From Sarea resinae (Eukaryota), in contig JAPEUD010000001.1 of NCBI GenBank assembly GCA_026026165.1, positions 372,001 through 436,000 of the forward strand: DNA of 64,000 nt, in the 5' to 3' direction. Below the pieces are notes generated by a model. That model was not told where the DNA came from, searched no databases, and was given only the letters and a program-made list of their open reading frames with translations. The first letter of the stretch is position 1. Each line of letters opens with the position of its first letter. Shown here piece by piece: positions 13,230 through 28,064 of this stretch. The translations under genes and the position numbers were made by a program.

Positions 13230-13521
13230 TATGCGTGGTGACAAAGGCGTTTCTCCTCGGGGCTTTCATGTGTATTTTGAGCGCCACGATACGGTGCAGT
13301 GAGGCGTAAGCAGGCACATCCTTCTTGCGTGGGTTCTTTTTTAGGGTTTTGGTCTCAGTAGAATGTCTACGGTGGACCTGGGTTCAGGAAAAAATGTATA
13401 GACGCACCTCGTTTTTTTCTACATAAGTATCACTATCCAAGGTCACTGAAAGAAATGCAGCCTGATGCAAGTACTAATGAGGTAAAAAGGTTGATGAGGG
13501 GCAATAACCCCTATCTTGCTA

Positions 13522-15035
13522 TCATAATTTCGGAGATCCGAGAGCCTTGCTCGCGTACTCGCGCTGAGACCCCGACGTGATCATTTTCTTCCATTCTTCA
13601 TTGACAGCCGCCTTTTCTGATGGATACCGTTTTCGCCATTCTTCAAATTGCGCCGCCTCACCATCCCGCCATCTTTGAATTTCTCGACCGAGCCACGGCA
13701 CAGCCGCTTCTGCGCAAGCATTTACGGCCTCCATAGCTACCAAATGTCCAACGCCGTCCAGAACTACTTCATCGACACGACCTTGTTTGGAGCCGCCACT
13801 ACCGCCCACACCCGTACCCGTGCGCTCTATCTTCTCGCGCCGGTATTGGGGGCGCGAATTTGGTGAATCACCCCCAAAGATGTATAGCACGCTGGGCCGG
13901 ACAAAAGGGAGAAGTTGCCATGCGCGTATCGTTTCAGGCCTGTAAAAGGCTGGTGGAGGCGATATGGAGTCATCCATGCCTGGGTACGTAGTTCTATCGA
14001 TGATGGTCTCCACGTCATCACCATGGTTGCTCTTGGGGTCCCCGAAATTGGGCCGCAGGAAGACAAAGACTTCCTGGTGCTTCGATGTCGTCAACGTGAC
14101 TGGTTTTTCTGCGTCTGGGATGCTGCTTTTATCTGGATAAAGGGGTGTGGGCAGATCGCGTAGGCCGTAATCAAGCCATCTTTCACGAACACGATCATCC
14201 CACTTTTGGTAAAATTTGTTGTTATTCACCGCTTCTGTGGCAGCAATGCGTGAAGGCCAGATGTCCCGGCGAAAAGTCGAGGTACGTGTTGGTGGGAAGG
14301 GGCTGGGATCGTCCGTAGCAGGCTGGATGACAGGGTCCATAAGGATAAGGGTCGAAAAGAGGCGCGGATGAAGGAGAGAGAGGAAAACCCTGTAGGTTCG
14401 AAGACGTACATTAGCATGGCAAATTCATGATGACAGACTCAAGCTCCGCTCACAGATGCACCGATCCCATGCTGTGGCCCATACCAACCAGAGGCCGTGG
14501 CATCTGGTCGCGGAAGTGGTTGATCATTAGAAGGAGATCTCGAGGATGATCGCCCCAAGATGCTAGTGTGTCCAAGATACATTAGCAGACGCGTTCAGAC
14601 TAAAAAAGCTTCTTCAGGGGCAGCTCACGGTCGTTGCCGAGCTCATCTTCATTCATGACGCCACTAGCTCCTTGGTTGGAGACGTCGGCGATCCAGATGT
14701 TTCGAATGCGGATGCCACAGTCACTTGACCGGTGGAGTATCTCATCCCAGAGAGGCTCGTAGAGTTCCTAAGCAAAGCAATCAGCATCGAAATGTGCTCC
14801 CTCGTTGTGGTATCTTGGAGAAGTGCTGGCCATCACCGACTTTAGGGAATCCATTGGCATGGGCGCCGATGATTGTCACGTCGCCAGGCTTCGGATTGGT
14901 ATTGTCAAGTGGGCGATACTGTTTGACGGCCAGATGTAGGACCTCTTCCTGGCTGTTGGCTGTTGCACGTGGGAACTCTCGGATGTGCTGGCAAGGGACG
15001 ACGTGCTCCTGAACCTGAAAGTAGGCGGACGACAT
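13522..15035 (-). CDS. Alpha/beta hydrolase (Lpx1-like / 'toxin biosynthesis protein' family), probably peroxisomal
   Basis: 'IIGAHANGFPK|ELYEPLWD', nucleophile elbow GHSMG, catalytic-His region 'GVGHLVAME', C-terminal -PKL (PTS1-like); three introns. Confidence 0.82.
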
Positions 15036-15718
15036 TGTTCATGAAACCAAAGAAAAGGGCTTCTCCGTGGCAGAGTCCTGTAGCTGGCACAGGAAATGAA
15101 GGATATCTTGGAATCAAAGTCGGCCTAACGTTTCTGTCGTGAGAGGGTCATGAATATCTAGATCCTGTTGAGCAAAGATGTGATGCGAGGTAAGCAAGAG
15201 AGAGATCGAAGAATCATACTACAAGGCTTGCACTTCGAGTCGAAAGAGCGCCTCCCTCGGTATCTGAGCTGGACAGAGATCCGTGCTCAAGGAGCGGCAG
15301 GTATTCAAGCAGAACAGGTCGAGATGGTCAGAGCAGGTATGACCGACTGCTTCTACGATGCAGCATAGAATCCGGTACCGACAGTTGGAAGGCAAGAGCC
15401 CAGCGCATCGCGGTCACCACCCAAGGCAAGGTTGAAGTAAATAGCCCGAGGTACCTAGATCTGACTATGGTAGGTAGGTAGATAAGGTAGGTAGGTTGGA
15501 GGTACCTAGTCTGTTCAATGCTGTAGCACGTCCGCGGGCGACTGCCCTCCAGGAGACGATGCGGGGTGTGGATCTTCGATAGCCGAGACCAAAGCAGGTA
15601 CTCCGCGGCATCACTCTCAGAGACACCGGCAGTCGCTGAACTATTCAGAAGAGATGGAATGCAGAAGTCCTCCAGAGCTCCAGCTCTCCCTCCTCTCACC
15701 TCAGTAGACTAGGGCTCT

Positions 15719-15912
15719 CCGCGTCGACCTATCTGACCTGCCCTTACCCAACGGCTTTCTGACGATGAGGAATGAATTCAAAGAAGGATGGCCGAGCCGT
15801 GATTTCGAGCATCGTCTGTTTACGGTAGAGAGGGGTCGCTCACGTGATCGCGTCTACCCTCGAAGCGCGTCTCGTGTTCGCGTCCATGGATAAACGAGAT
15901 CAAGACGCGTTT
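15719..15912. promoter_or_regulatory. Cluster of MCB-like (CGCGT/ACGCGT) elements upstream of the BRCT gene
   Basis: Five CGCGT cores including GACGCGT near 15905, plus a CACGTG at 15841, all within 200 bp and 220-420 bp upstream of the ATG. Confidence 0.55.
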
Positions 15913-16135
15913 GGCTCATCTGCACCTGCACACGGTAGCAAACTACCTACCCATTCGCCGCCGTCCATCTGGACCTTCAGCACTTACCTTGGGCTACGGA
16001 CTTGACGAGCAGAGGAGCCTGTTTCGTGTCACCTCAAGCCTCGCCCTTCCGACAATGAACTGTGCTCTCCCGACGAGCCCGCGTTCCTCTTCCTTTGCAG
16101 CGACAATTTGAGGCAAATTGATAGCGCGACAAAAC

Positions 16136-18907
16136 ATGGCTGCGAACGGAGGTGCTCCACAGGTCATTGAGGAGACACCATCGATCTTTGGACAGGTCTC
16201 GTTTGCTATCGTTCCAAGCGGAGATCTAGGGGAGCAGACGATCGAGGAAGTATGTCCAATTCGGAGGAGATACGCTTGTCACTTACTGACAAGTGTTTCC
16301 CAGCTCCAACGCACCCTCACCGAAAATGGAGGACTATCTTCTTCGCCGACGAATGACACAGATAGACTCCCGCTTCAGGAGATCTCACATATCATCTCGA
16401 CCACGTCTGATTTTCCAGACTATGAGGCAGCCTGCGATGCTCTTATCCCAGTCGTGAAGCCAGAGTGGGTGACGGAGTCTCTGGCGCGCAAACGAGTCTT
16501 GAACCCGCGACAGTACAGTCCTGACCCTCGACTGTTTCTCTCAGGCGTCCACGTTTGCTGTGCAGACCTACCGAGTGGAGACAAAGATGCTATCGTTGGG
16601 GGCGTTCTGGCCATGGGTGGACTTTATTCGAACCATGTAACCAGACAAGTCACCCATATCGTAGCCTTGACCGAGACGGACGACAAATGTCAACTAGCCC
16701 TTGCGAAAAAGATTCGCTGCAAAATCGTGCTGCCGCATTGGTAATATTAGATGTCTCATCTTCTCCAGAAGAAAGCGTTCTGACTCCCAATAGGTTCGAC
16801 GATTGCCTTAAGCTGGGTAGGAGAATTGACGAAAGTCCATACTTGCTGCCCAATCCTGATTTGATGGCGAAAACGAGCAGAGATCCGGTCCGGATTCTCG
16901 AAAACTCGGATATCCGTGGTGCTTCTTCTCCATATGTTGGTCGGCTTCCATTCCCCACACCGAATGAGACACCAGATGCTCAGCGACGTTCGCTCAAGGT
17001 ATTCAGCAATAAGTGTATAATGCTGTCCAGCGATCTGGAGATTGGAAGCCATCTACGCGGGACAATTGAAGATCTCATTACTGGTGGCGGAGGTGCGATG
17101 ACTGGCAGTGTGCATAAAGCAGATATCCTAGTCTGCCACTACCGCGAGGGAAAAGACTACCAAATTGCGTCTCGGGGGGGAAAGGACGTTGGAAACCTAT
17201 CATGGCTGTACCATCTCATTACCCATGACACATGGACATCGCCAATGAGGAGGCTCTTACACTATCCAATCGCCCGTCGGGGTTTGCCCGGCTTCCATGA
17301 TTTTAAGATCAGTGTCTCAAATTACAACGGCGAAGCACGTACTTACCTGGAGAATCTGGTGAAAGCTACGGGCGGGGAGTTCACGAAGACAATGAAGCAG
17401 GACAACACTCATCTAATCACCGCGCATACCGTGAGTGAGAAGTGTACTGCCGCAAAGGAGTGGAATATCAATATAGTCAATCATCTCTGGCTGGAAGAGA
17501 GCTACGCGAAATGGCAGCTGCAGAGTCTTACGAATCCTCGTTACACGCACTTCCCACCCAGGACAAACCTTGGCGAGGTCGTAGGACGGACGCAGATTGA
17601 CCGTCATGCCGTTGAGCACTTCTTCTTCGGGGCAGATAGCGAGCGAAGCGGGGCCCCAACCTCAGAGAAATTGAGCGAGCAAGCCTTAGCTGGGCATGTT
17701 AGAAACCCGAATGTGTCACGCTCGTCTGCTCCTGGGGCAGAGAACCCTACATCTAGCGGAAGGAGCGGAGTAGCTAATTCTTATCAACCCTCACCACCAA
17801 CAGCCAAGCCTCAGAAAAACCATCCAGAGGTGGATTTTCAGACGCCCGCCGCATCTCGTTTCCGCAATACGGATGAAAAGGAGAACGAGACCCCATCCAC
17901 TAATGGGAGCCGTGGTGCAAAGGATCGTGCCGTCGCTAGGCTACACGATCTAGCTCCAGACATCGCACTCTACGAAAAGGAAAAGAAACGAGTCGGTGGG
18001 GTCATCTTTGGTGGTAGAAGACCCAGTGGAGAAGATAATAGGAAGAGAAGCATGAGCAGAGAGCAGGAAGGCAGTCTGGATGGACAGGATGGCGGGGAAG
18101 CTAGGAGAACAAAGAAGGCAAGACCGGGGCCTACCATCAAGTTACTATTGTCTCGATATCTAAGATGGGTTGATCAACCCAAACGAGAAGATGAAGATAG
18201 AGTAAGTCTCCTTCATCGTCCGCTGATGATCCCCTGGATCCTAACAAGATGCGCAGAAACGTCTCAGAAACTTAGGAATCATTGTGACCGAGGATCCGAG
18301 CCAGTGCACTCATCTAGCAGCACCGCAAATCGTTCGTACAGTAAAATTCGTCTGCGCCCTGGCCAACGCTCCTATTGTCGTCTCTACAGACTTTGTGGAT
18401 CATTGCATTCGTGAGGATGAAGTACCGTCAGCGACAGATTATCCTATCAACGACCCAGATGGGGAAGAACGCCTAGGCATTAATCTCCAAGCCGCGATAA
18501 CGAGGGCGAAATCGAATAAGCATCGACTACTCGCAGGCCAGACGATTTACTGCACCGCGGGCGTAAATGGCGGTTTCGAGACGTACAAATCTATCGTCGA
18601 GGCAAATGGGGGCTCGTGTCTCCTGTATCGCGGACGTGCTGGTTCGGTTCCTCGAATGGGGGTGGTCCATGATGGAGCTGCTGGTGAGCAAGATGAGACT
18701 GATGAGAAGGACGTTGTTTATCTGATAAGCGATACCGTTCCGGACGAGGTCAGATTGTGGGACAAATTCCGCCAGGTAGCTACCAAGAACAAAAGGGTAC
18801 CGAGGATCGTTCCGACCGAGTGGATATTAGACGTCGCCATGTCTCAGGAAATGCAGTGGAAGGACAAGCACAAGTTGGATGAGGATGTTGTTATGCTTGA
18901 TGGTTGA
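16136..18907 (+). CDS. RTT107: Multi-BRCT DNA damage scaffold Rtt107/Brc1
   Basis: Several BRCT repeats: 'PVVKPEWV', 'GGVLAMGG...VTHIVA...IVLPHW|FDDCLKLG', 'LLHYP', 'NTHLIT...VNHLWLEESY', 'CTHLAAP..VRTVKFVCALA'. Four exons. Confidence 0.88.
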
Positions 18908-19090
18908 GTCGGGCTTCTTCGTTAGAGTTTGCGTCCAAACCCATCGCAACTATTGATCCCCTCCTAATGTGCCTTCTCTTTTGTTCCGGCGCATAGCATA
19001 GCTTCAGGCGTGGTTTATCTCGAGAAGAGCATCTTCCGGTGTATAGTTCTAGAGGCAAATGGAAATAGCTAGGTCCCAATGCATCTGATA

Positions 19091-19886
19091 TCAGAAGAAC
19101 TTGACGCCCAGTTCATCCCCACTTCCAAACACCTGTGCCTTGCCACGCTTGACCAGCACGTTGAGCGAATTCCGCAACATCTCTGAATCCATGCCATAGA
19201 ACTCTACAGGGAGGCGTCGTCCTATATTAGAGATCCTTTGCTTGTGAAAGGAATTGAAGTTCTCGACCTACCTTGGGACCTCGTGCTCTCTCCTTGGGTC
19301 AACTCGTAAAGCGTCAAGACGGTGTTCTTCTGGCCTGTTTCTTCAACCTGTGTATGGCATCGGAGTGAGACTAAATCGAATAGAGTGCTCCACCAATACT
19401 ACTCACCCTTGCCGCAATCAGCGTCGCCCACTCCTCCTTCTTCCTCCACCAAACCCACACCACATCCCCTTTCTCCTGCGCCCCGCCACCACCGACCCAC
19501 TCGACCCTCTCATCGCCCTCCCTGCCCGCCATCCACCCCAGCACATCCCTCGCGTCCTTGCCACCCAATCGTCTACCCAATTTCTTGTTCCAGAACAGTG
19601 GGCTCTCGAGCGCGGACGACAGGGATAGCGTCCAGAGGCGGTGATGGCGGCAGTAGGCTTGGATCAGCGATGACCATTTGGCGAGTTGGGCGAGACGCGT
19701 GGTCGTGTTCGGTTGCGGGGTGAAGAAGGGCGGAAACGAGTATTCAGGAGGGAAGGTGAAGGCTGTTGGGTCGTCTGTTATTGTTGATGCGCTGCTGCTG
19801 TGGGGATTGGGCGTCGAGGCTGAAGCGGAGGGATTGGAGAGGGGAGGAGGGGTGATGCTGATGGACGTGGTCGGAGGGGTTGCCAT
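19091..19886 (-). CDS. VPS25: ESCRT-II subunit Vps25
   Basis: Double PPXY-like 'FPPEYSFPPFFTPQPN', 'QLAKWSSLI', 'VEETGQKNTVLTLYEL' and the end 'GVKFF*'. Three exons. Confidence 0.92.
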
Positions 19887-20414
19887 CGTTGTGCGATTGT
19901 TGAACTTATAAATGCAGAGAGGACATAGGCAGGCCAGTGACATACAATGGAAGAATCTGGCTGGGAATTCAATATCCTTGCTATGAATTTTCGGTTGTTG
20001 TTGTGATTGTTGCCATGTCAAATACAGTAGCAGGTAGTCTGCTGCGATGCGCTGCGCCTAGGTGCGACGCGGCAATTTGCGCGCGGCCGTGAATGGGATG
20101 TTCCGAGCCACTGTTCTAGCTTGTAAGGAGTCACATATTATGAAATGGCATCGAACGCACACACAAATAGGAGATGAGTACTATTCATACATTCCTGCCT
20201 GGGCGCGGTTTTCTCTAGTGAGATCAGAGCTAGACTATAGAAGCCTTTGTCCGCAGCAGATCTTGCTCATTAATCATGCATCCTACCCCTATGCTCGCAG
20301 CACACTGCCGCCGATGGTGCCGCTCGAATGGTATAAAAAACGCCGCCAAAAATGCTTTGAGTCACCGACAGCCAGCCATTGGGCCATGTTCAAACGCCTG
20401 GTCAACTGTATCAT

Positions 20415-23400
20415 TCATCGCATTACAATATCGCCAAATAAAACCTGTACAATCTCATCGAGGAGGGTGAATGCGAGATGGGCACTAGAGTGAAGAGCGT
20501 TCAATCAGCGAATAAACCGGAAAGATGACCAGACCTGAGAACTTACTTTAGCCTCTGGTTGTTCAGTGTTGCAAATATCCTCCGGCTCGCCGCTTGCGCG
20601 TTAGCCCGTCCGACGACGCTGCTTGCCAGGTCGGGTATCAGGGTCGCCAGCACCAGACTCGCTTCCCTCCGGCTTTTGGCTTTTTCACTCATTGTCCGCG
20701 CTGTACTTTCCCGGCGTGCCCCGCCCCCGGGCCACATAGTCTCTTTAATAAAGTCGACGTACTTACATAAACTCTCCTCTTGCACCAGTCCCTTCGCATT
20801 TTCCCGGACCTTACGTTCAATAGTGCCGCCGAGAAGTTGATGGAGGACGACGACGACAGCACGACCTCGTAGCCAGTTGTTTCCTTTGTTGAGCTCGAAT
20901 GTCTCGAGGAATATATCGCAAATCGGCTTCACGAATGGCTCGAGTTCTCGATTTTCGAAAGCATTGAGCTCCGCTTCGGCTTCCGCGGAGGTCAAGGTAT
21001 CTTCCAATATTCCATTTGGCATTGTATTGAGTTGGCTGGTAGCAGCGGTAGCGGCGCTGATTAGATTCTGTCCGGCAATGGACAATTGGTCAATGACAGG
21101 AATGTTGCCAAGAAAGTCTTCCATTCCGTCTGCGACCGAGTTGTAGATACGACTGACAATGTCTCCTCTCTCCGAAGGATTTCCATCCTCCTTTGCGATG
21201 ATAGCTTGCTGAGATAGAAAGGCACGTAATTCTCGACTGCGGCACACATCGGGAAGTTGAAGGAGTTCCTAAAAGTGTGAGCGAGATGGCTACTATTCGG
21301 TTTCCATTAAACTCACTCGAAGATATCTTTCTAGCGATAAGCGTCGTTTGTGGAGGAATTCGCGTTGTAATTTCATCATAACCCGTCGGCGTGGAAAATC
21401 AAGATGCCTTACTGATGGATATTTTGACCGAAGCCGTTGATGTAGGTCATGAAACTCGCTATACCGACGTGCGATGGCCCACGTAGCGGCCGGCATCTTC
21501 TCTCCGGCTTTGCGCTGCACCTCAATCACGTCTTCGATGTTTAGCAGAGCTCGCCAACAGCTTTTAAGAATATACTTACAAAGTGCATACTCTCGCCCAT
21601 CGTCCTCTGCGCCTACCATTATGTTTTTGATGTCTATAGTAGATCGTCCGAAGAGACTGTTATCGCTCTCCTGCACGATATACTGCTGCCTCTGAAGCTC
21701 TTTTCGATGCATTTCACGCTCCAAGCTAGCCTTGGACTTTCGTAGAATTCTCAGCTCAGCACTATTATTAGTAAGTTCAGCCTTGCGTAGGAGAGAATCT
21801 ACGACGGAATCTTGAGCAGCTAGCCTCTCGATATCCGAAGAGAGCGCAGCTATGGCCTCCGCTAAACCCAGGTCTCCTGGAGCGGCCTCATGAATTTCAT
21901 CATCGTCCTCTTTCTTTGCGTCCGAGTCTTCCGGATCATCATGCTCATCGGAAAGATACTTTTCTTCTTCATCGGCGAAGAGATCATCATCCGAAAAAAC
22001 ACCAATTCGGGAGGACGTGTTGACAAGACCTAACGACGCTATACTTGGCTTCTCTTTATCCTTGGCACTCATAATGGAATCGGCACGGGAAAAGTCGATG
22101 GAACTGCGAGGCGAGTCGTTTTCGAGACGAGGAGACTTGATGCTCGAAGGAGCCGAGCCAAGCAGCGAAGCTCTTGAGTCTTCAAGGCTCGGTTCATCTT
22201 CCATTATGTTGTTCAGTGCAGCCTCCATGGCTTCCACGATTTGGTCATCTGGGCCGGTAATCTGAGGGCTTGTGTTTAGGTCTGTGTCAAGGCTTTGCGT
22301 AGACCTCGAAAGAGGATCATTGTCGTAATCATCGTCAAAAAGGGGTTTCGATGGACTCAAGTCAAGTGACCGTCGCGCTTGTGGGCCTCTTTCAGCTGAC
22401 TTTGCGGCAGAGACAAGGTCTGTGGAAGACACGGCAGCTCTTCGCAAGTCAGACGAGTCCGCCGTAGACAATCGCGGGGGCACCACACGAGGCGTCGGCG
22501 CCGCGCGCTTGGAAGGATCTCGACTAGATGCGCGCGAAGGTGTCGGCGATGGCCTTTGAGGACCGAGTGGAGGATGAGCGGCCATTGATTCGTCGGAAGT
22601 AAGGTATTTATAGTAAAGGTCTGATTTTTTGAAATTGGGGTAGTGATAACGCTCCATCTCCTCGTAGACCCCTGTCTGAGCTCTTAATATGGCAATGCGT
22701 GCACGTTGATACTGCACCGGAGTTGCCCTCCGCCCAGCCTGGAGGAACGTGACCACGGCTGACCTAGACTCATCAGATATCTTCAGTTCTCGCTTTGATA
22801 GATAGGCCTCATTGATTTGAGCAAGATCTGCCCTGTCTGACTCGGTCCACTTCTGTTGCGTCTCTGGAAATTGTCCTTGCTCTGCCAGGTCGTCTTCCAA
22901 GGGATTGCGGAAGCCATCCACCACGATCCAAAATTGCACAAGTGACATGAGCCTCTGTCTATCCATGTATTCCATGAAGTATGATAGCCCAGAAGCCTCG
23001 TTCAGTATGTCCGCAAGAGTACTGTTTTCTCGTCTCGACGGCCTACCGCCGTCTGACGAGACGCGTTGAGCGAACGGCTGGTTTGATCCTCCGCCAGCGG
23101 CAAGCATTGCCACCTTCTGGTCCAAAACGCGTTTCCCGGTTGCTAAACGTCGCAGATAGACCTGATCTTGGCCAGGGATCTGACTTTCTTTTTTCAGCTG
23201 GCTTGCGACCTCGCTTCGAAATCGTCGAGCGTCAGACAGATTATTGCATTGCCTTGCCGCACGTATGAATCGCTCAAACTGACGCTCGTTATCCCGGGGT
23301 GTGAGTCGAGGGAAGAGCATCGCAGAGCGCAATTTTGCTGGGGGGGAAGCATGCTCGTCGAGAGCAGCACGAAGTTTGCGGACGGTCTTTCGATCCTGAA

Positions 23401-24315
23401 GCATCGTCCGGCCCTGAGAACAATTAACAGAGCCCATAATATTGAGTGCAGGCTCCTCACATAAGCTTCCATGAGCTGGTTCCACGTATCTGGGTCGGAG
23501 AGCATCTCCATGACGGGCAGAAGCACAGCGCAAGCCATGATCTCCCTGACGAGCACTGAGACAGAGCGACTTTTAGTGAGACTTTCTGGGAGAACATCCC
23601 CTATCAGTCTTCCTACAAGCCTTCGTAGGTACTGCTGCTGGACTAGCTTCGTGTCGGAAAAGGTCAGAGCGGCAGCGGGATGCAGCCTGCCCTCGTTGTA
23701 TTTTCCGGCAATTGCAAGGTCGAGCTCTTCCGATTCTGTGACATTGCGGTTGAGATGTTTCCCCCTGACCGCTCGCTCCGCCTCGGAGAAGGCCTTGAGA
23801 TGCGCGGTCATGATCGGTACGAATCGTGCTATTCCAATTTCCACAAGGTCCACCGCCAGCACCCTGTCCCTCAAGTTGATCAAAGCTAATCGTACAGCTC
23901 CGTCGATCTCATTTCGAAAGGAGGGGTTGCGACTGATATTTCCATACCATGACGAGACGAAGTCTCGTAAGACCAAGCGGAGGAGCCCATCGAGGCTGTC
24001 GGAAACTGCAGAGGACTCCGGGTACAATTGAGCGGGGTTATAGGTCGATCTCCGCGACAAGGCTGCTACTTCTGCCTTCCATGCTTCAGGTGCCACAAAA
24101 GCGACGGACCGGGACGCCCGAGCCCTGCTCTGGCCAAGCGCTGAGCCTCTTGATGTCGACAGGACCAGCGCCGTAATTGTCAAGAGAGTGACCGTAACGC
24201 CCGCAGCAAAAGCCCAGCCGACGTATCGCAGGACGGGGACAAGTTTGACTGCAATGGCCCACGCGACGAAGCTGCTGATGGCTGCTAAGATGACATCTCT
24301 CTTGGTCAAAGCCAT
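20415..24315 (-). CDS. MDM1: Sorting nexin Mdm1/SNX13-14 type (PXA-RGS-PX-PXC)
   Basis: N-terminal TM pair, PXA 'LVLRDFVSSWY', RGS 'GLSYFMEYMDR', PX 'ARRYSEFHDLHQRLR...FP', PXC 'NNWLRGRAVVVVLHQLLGGTIERK'. Five exons; a 48-nt in-frame intron at 21532-21579 is read through in the ORF track. Confidence 0.9.
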
Positions 24316-25067
24316 GGTAGCAGGCCCGTATTGACTTCGACCCGCATGACGCGATATCTCTGACACGCCGACTCGAGGATGAAGATACGTGCCAGTCTCG
24401 GCTTGAAGAGTTGAGGGTCAGAGGGTCAGGAGGGTGTCGAAGAACGGTCGCGAATAGTTAGTCAGTGTTATGCAGCTGCTCGTTCGTGCCCTGACAATTT
24501 CTGGAACGATATCGCTAAACGGGATTGAGATAGTTAGGGATGATGGATGGAGATAGCGATCTGCAGGCCACAACAGCCAGCGGTCCACGACTGACAGCCG
24601 ACAGCGCAGCGAACGCGCGTGGGGAAACGTGTCGAGTAATGGAAGTCACTGCAGCCGACGACGTTGCGTGTTTCACTCGCGAGTACACAGTACCGCGCAG
24701 GAGGTACGGGGTACGAAGTACAGACCACAGTGATCCAAGGGGAAGGGGTACGGAGTACTGAGGTGCGACTGCTGTGGATGCACGACTACGAGATACCACT
24801 GAAGTACTTTGAACGACTATGATAAGGTGCCTTACTACCTACTATGTACCTTAGGTAAGGTAGGAGGTAGATAGGTAGGTACCGACACTGAACGCTACCG
24901 CAGTAAGGTACAGAACAAGGTACTCAGAGTACTTCAGTAGTAGGTACGGTCGATTTCCTTTCCTTATCAGATCGAGCCGGCATCAAATCTCATGAACTTC
25001 GAACCTCCACAGCAACTCGCAGATTTCACCAGAAGTCCAAGCAACTGCTCGGACGCTGATAGAGAGG

Positions 25068-26057
<990 letters not shown>

Positions 26058-26833
26058 GATTCTAAGGAATGCCCTCTACATTAATATCTTTTGATAGCAT
26101 CAAGGCGATGGCACTTTTTTTTTCGCTCAGCCTCCAATTGGATGCCTCGAGCAGGTGCAGGGCAGTTTTCTGACACCAATCGACGAACTGCGCCTTGTGA
26201 TGCTTGACGCAGTTGTACCTTCAATAGGTCTCCCGACTATTTCCCCAGCCAGTACGAACCTTCTCAGGTGCGAATAAAGCCAAGTAGACATAAGACCAGA
26301 CTGTCTCTCCGGGGTGACTAACGCAGATCGTCGACGACGACCTCAGTGCCATAGACGCTGAGGATTACTCTAGTCTTTCCGAAGAATCCTTGATCTACTG
26401 AGAACTTCATCGAAAGCGTCTCAGGCAAACAATTGCCTCTTGAAAACAGACAGACATATCAGAGGAGTGGAAAGGTGTCTCAGAGTACTGTTGTAGAGCT
26501 TCCGCTCCCAAAATATCAGACATTAGATATTCGACCGTCGATCAAGATATATAATCCCTCTCAAATCCTGGAGAAAGGAGAGAGAGAAATGAAAGGGCGC
26601 GCTAGCGCCGCTGAGAAACAGGGTCCTTCGCGCCTTACCCCGCCCCTTTCTGCCCCTTGACCCTGCCAGTCCCGTCAACCGTTATATCAGCCTGGGAGAC
26701 AGAAGGGATGGAGTAGAGTAACACATAAGGCCGCGCTAAATGCTCCCAAAATTTCCCATTTCAATTCCCTTGCTCCGTTACGCTTGATACCATCGCTAAA
26801 TTTCCGGTTTCATAATCATTATAGAGACACAGC

Positions 26834-28064
26834 TCATCGAAACTCCATTGCACCGTAACATCCCCTATCTTCAACATGCGTTAATTCAAGCTGCTGGTAT
26901 CTGATTCCACACATCATTAGCTCTGAAATTTCCTTGTAGTGATACTGAGATACTTACTTCTCGCTTTTGGCGTGGAAATAGATGCCGCTCACGGTGCCCA
27001 GGACCTGGTTGAAGCAAATGTAGTAGAAACCTTCGAAACTCGCGCCGGATATAGTCCGCACGCGGTGGTCCGGCACCAAGAAATACTCCTTCCACCGCAT
27101 GAAGATATTCTCCCTCTGCGCGAAGTTCTTGTAGTTGAAGTCGGGTCGCCTGGCTTGCTTGGCCAGAGGACGCCAAGACGGAAACCGGGCCCAGTGCTGC
27201 ATGTCCACTTTCTCGTTCGAGCCCCATTCGGCATGCCTCGTTTGAAAGGTGTATTTCGTGCCGATGATTTCGCCCTCGAAATACGTCGTGAGTGTAGGAT
27301 GATCTTCGGTCAAGCCTGTGGTCAAGAGGCGTTGCCCGTCAGTCCCAGTAATCCAACTCGAAGTTAAGTGGAGAGAGTATCTCACCCTGGATGCGCAGAT
27401 AACCGCATAGAAAAGATTCATGCATGTCAACATGCTTGATCTCGACCTGGACATCGTACACTTGCGAATCAGACTGCTGGGTGCCATGGAATTTGCTACC
27501 AGAATGAAGGAAAGAGGACGTCGAGTTCGGCAGCAGCTACATCGATTAGTATCAGCGAATGACAACCTCAGTCTTAGAAACCCATCGAACACTTACTCGG
27601 ACGTTGGAAAACTCATAACCCATTGACGAAGATGGAGGCGCATCTTCAACCACAGGCGAGGATAGATCCAACGAGACGGGCGAGTCTGCGGTATCCTTGG
27701 TTTCGGCAGCCTGCACGCCACTCATGGGACTCATGGCATCTCCCGAAGACGCATCGTCGTCAACAGTCAGCTCCTTGGCGCGCAATCTGGGCGACTGGTC
27801 GATAGCCTCCGCCTCCAGTGGACCGGATGGATCTGAGTCCACTGGAAGAGTAGGCTGCTGCAAGGGCTCCCGCTCTGCAGCAGAGGAATTGCTGTCATCG
27901 TCATCACGGTCATCATCGTAAAGGCCATCAATGGAGCGCGTCTGCCAGACGCTGGGCCGTTCCTCGTCTATGGGGCATGTCGCATGCTGTGCTCGAAGGG
28001 CCTGAACCTCGATCGGAGGCGAAGGTTGCGTCGCAACTCGAACATTATGGCTAGGGGTCGGCAT
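26834..28064 (-). CDS. VID24: GID complex substrate receptor Gid4/Vid24
   Basis: 'SFLCGYLRIQ|GLTEDHPTLTTYFEGEII', 'IFMRWKEYFLVPDHRVRTISGASFEGFYYICF', 'SEK|YQQLEL', end 'MEFR*'. Confidence 0.92.
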
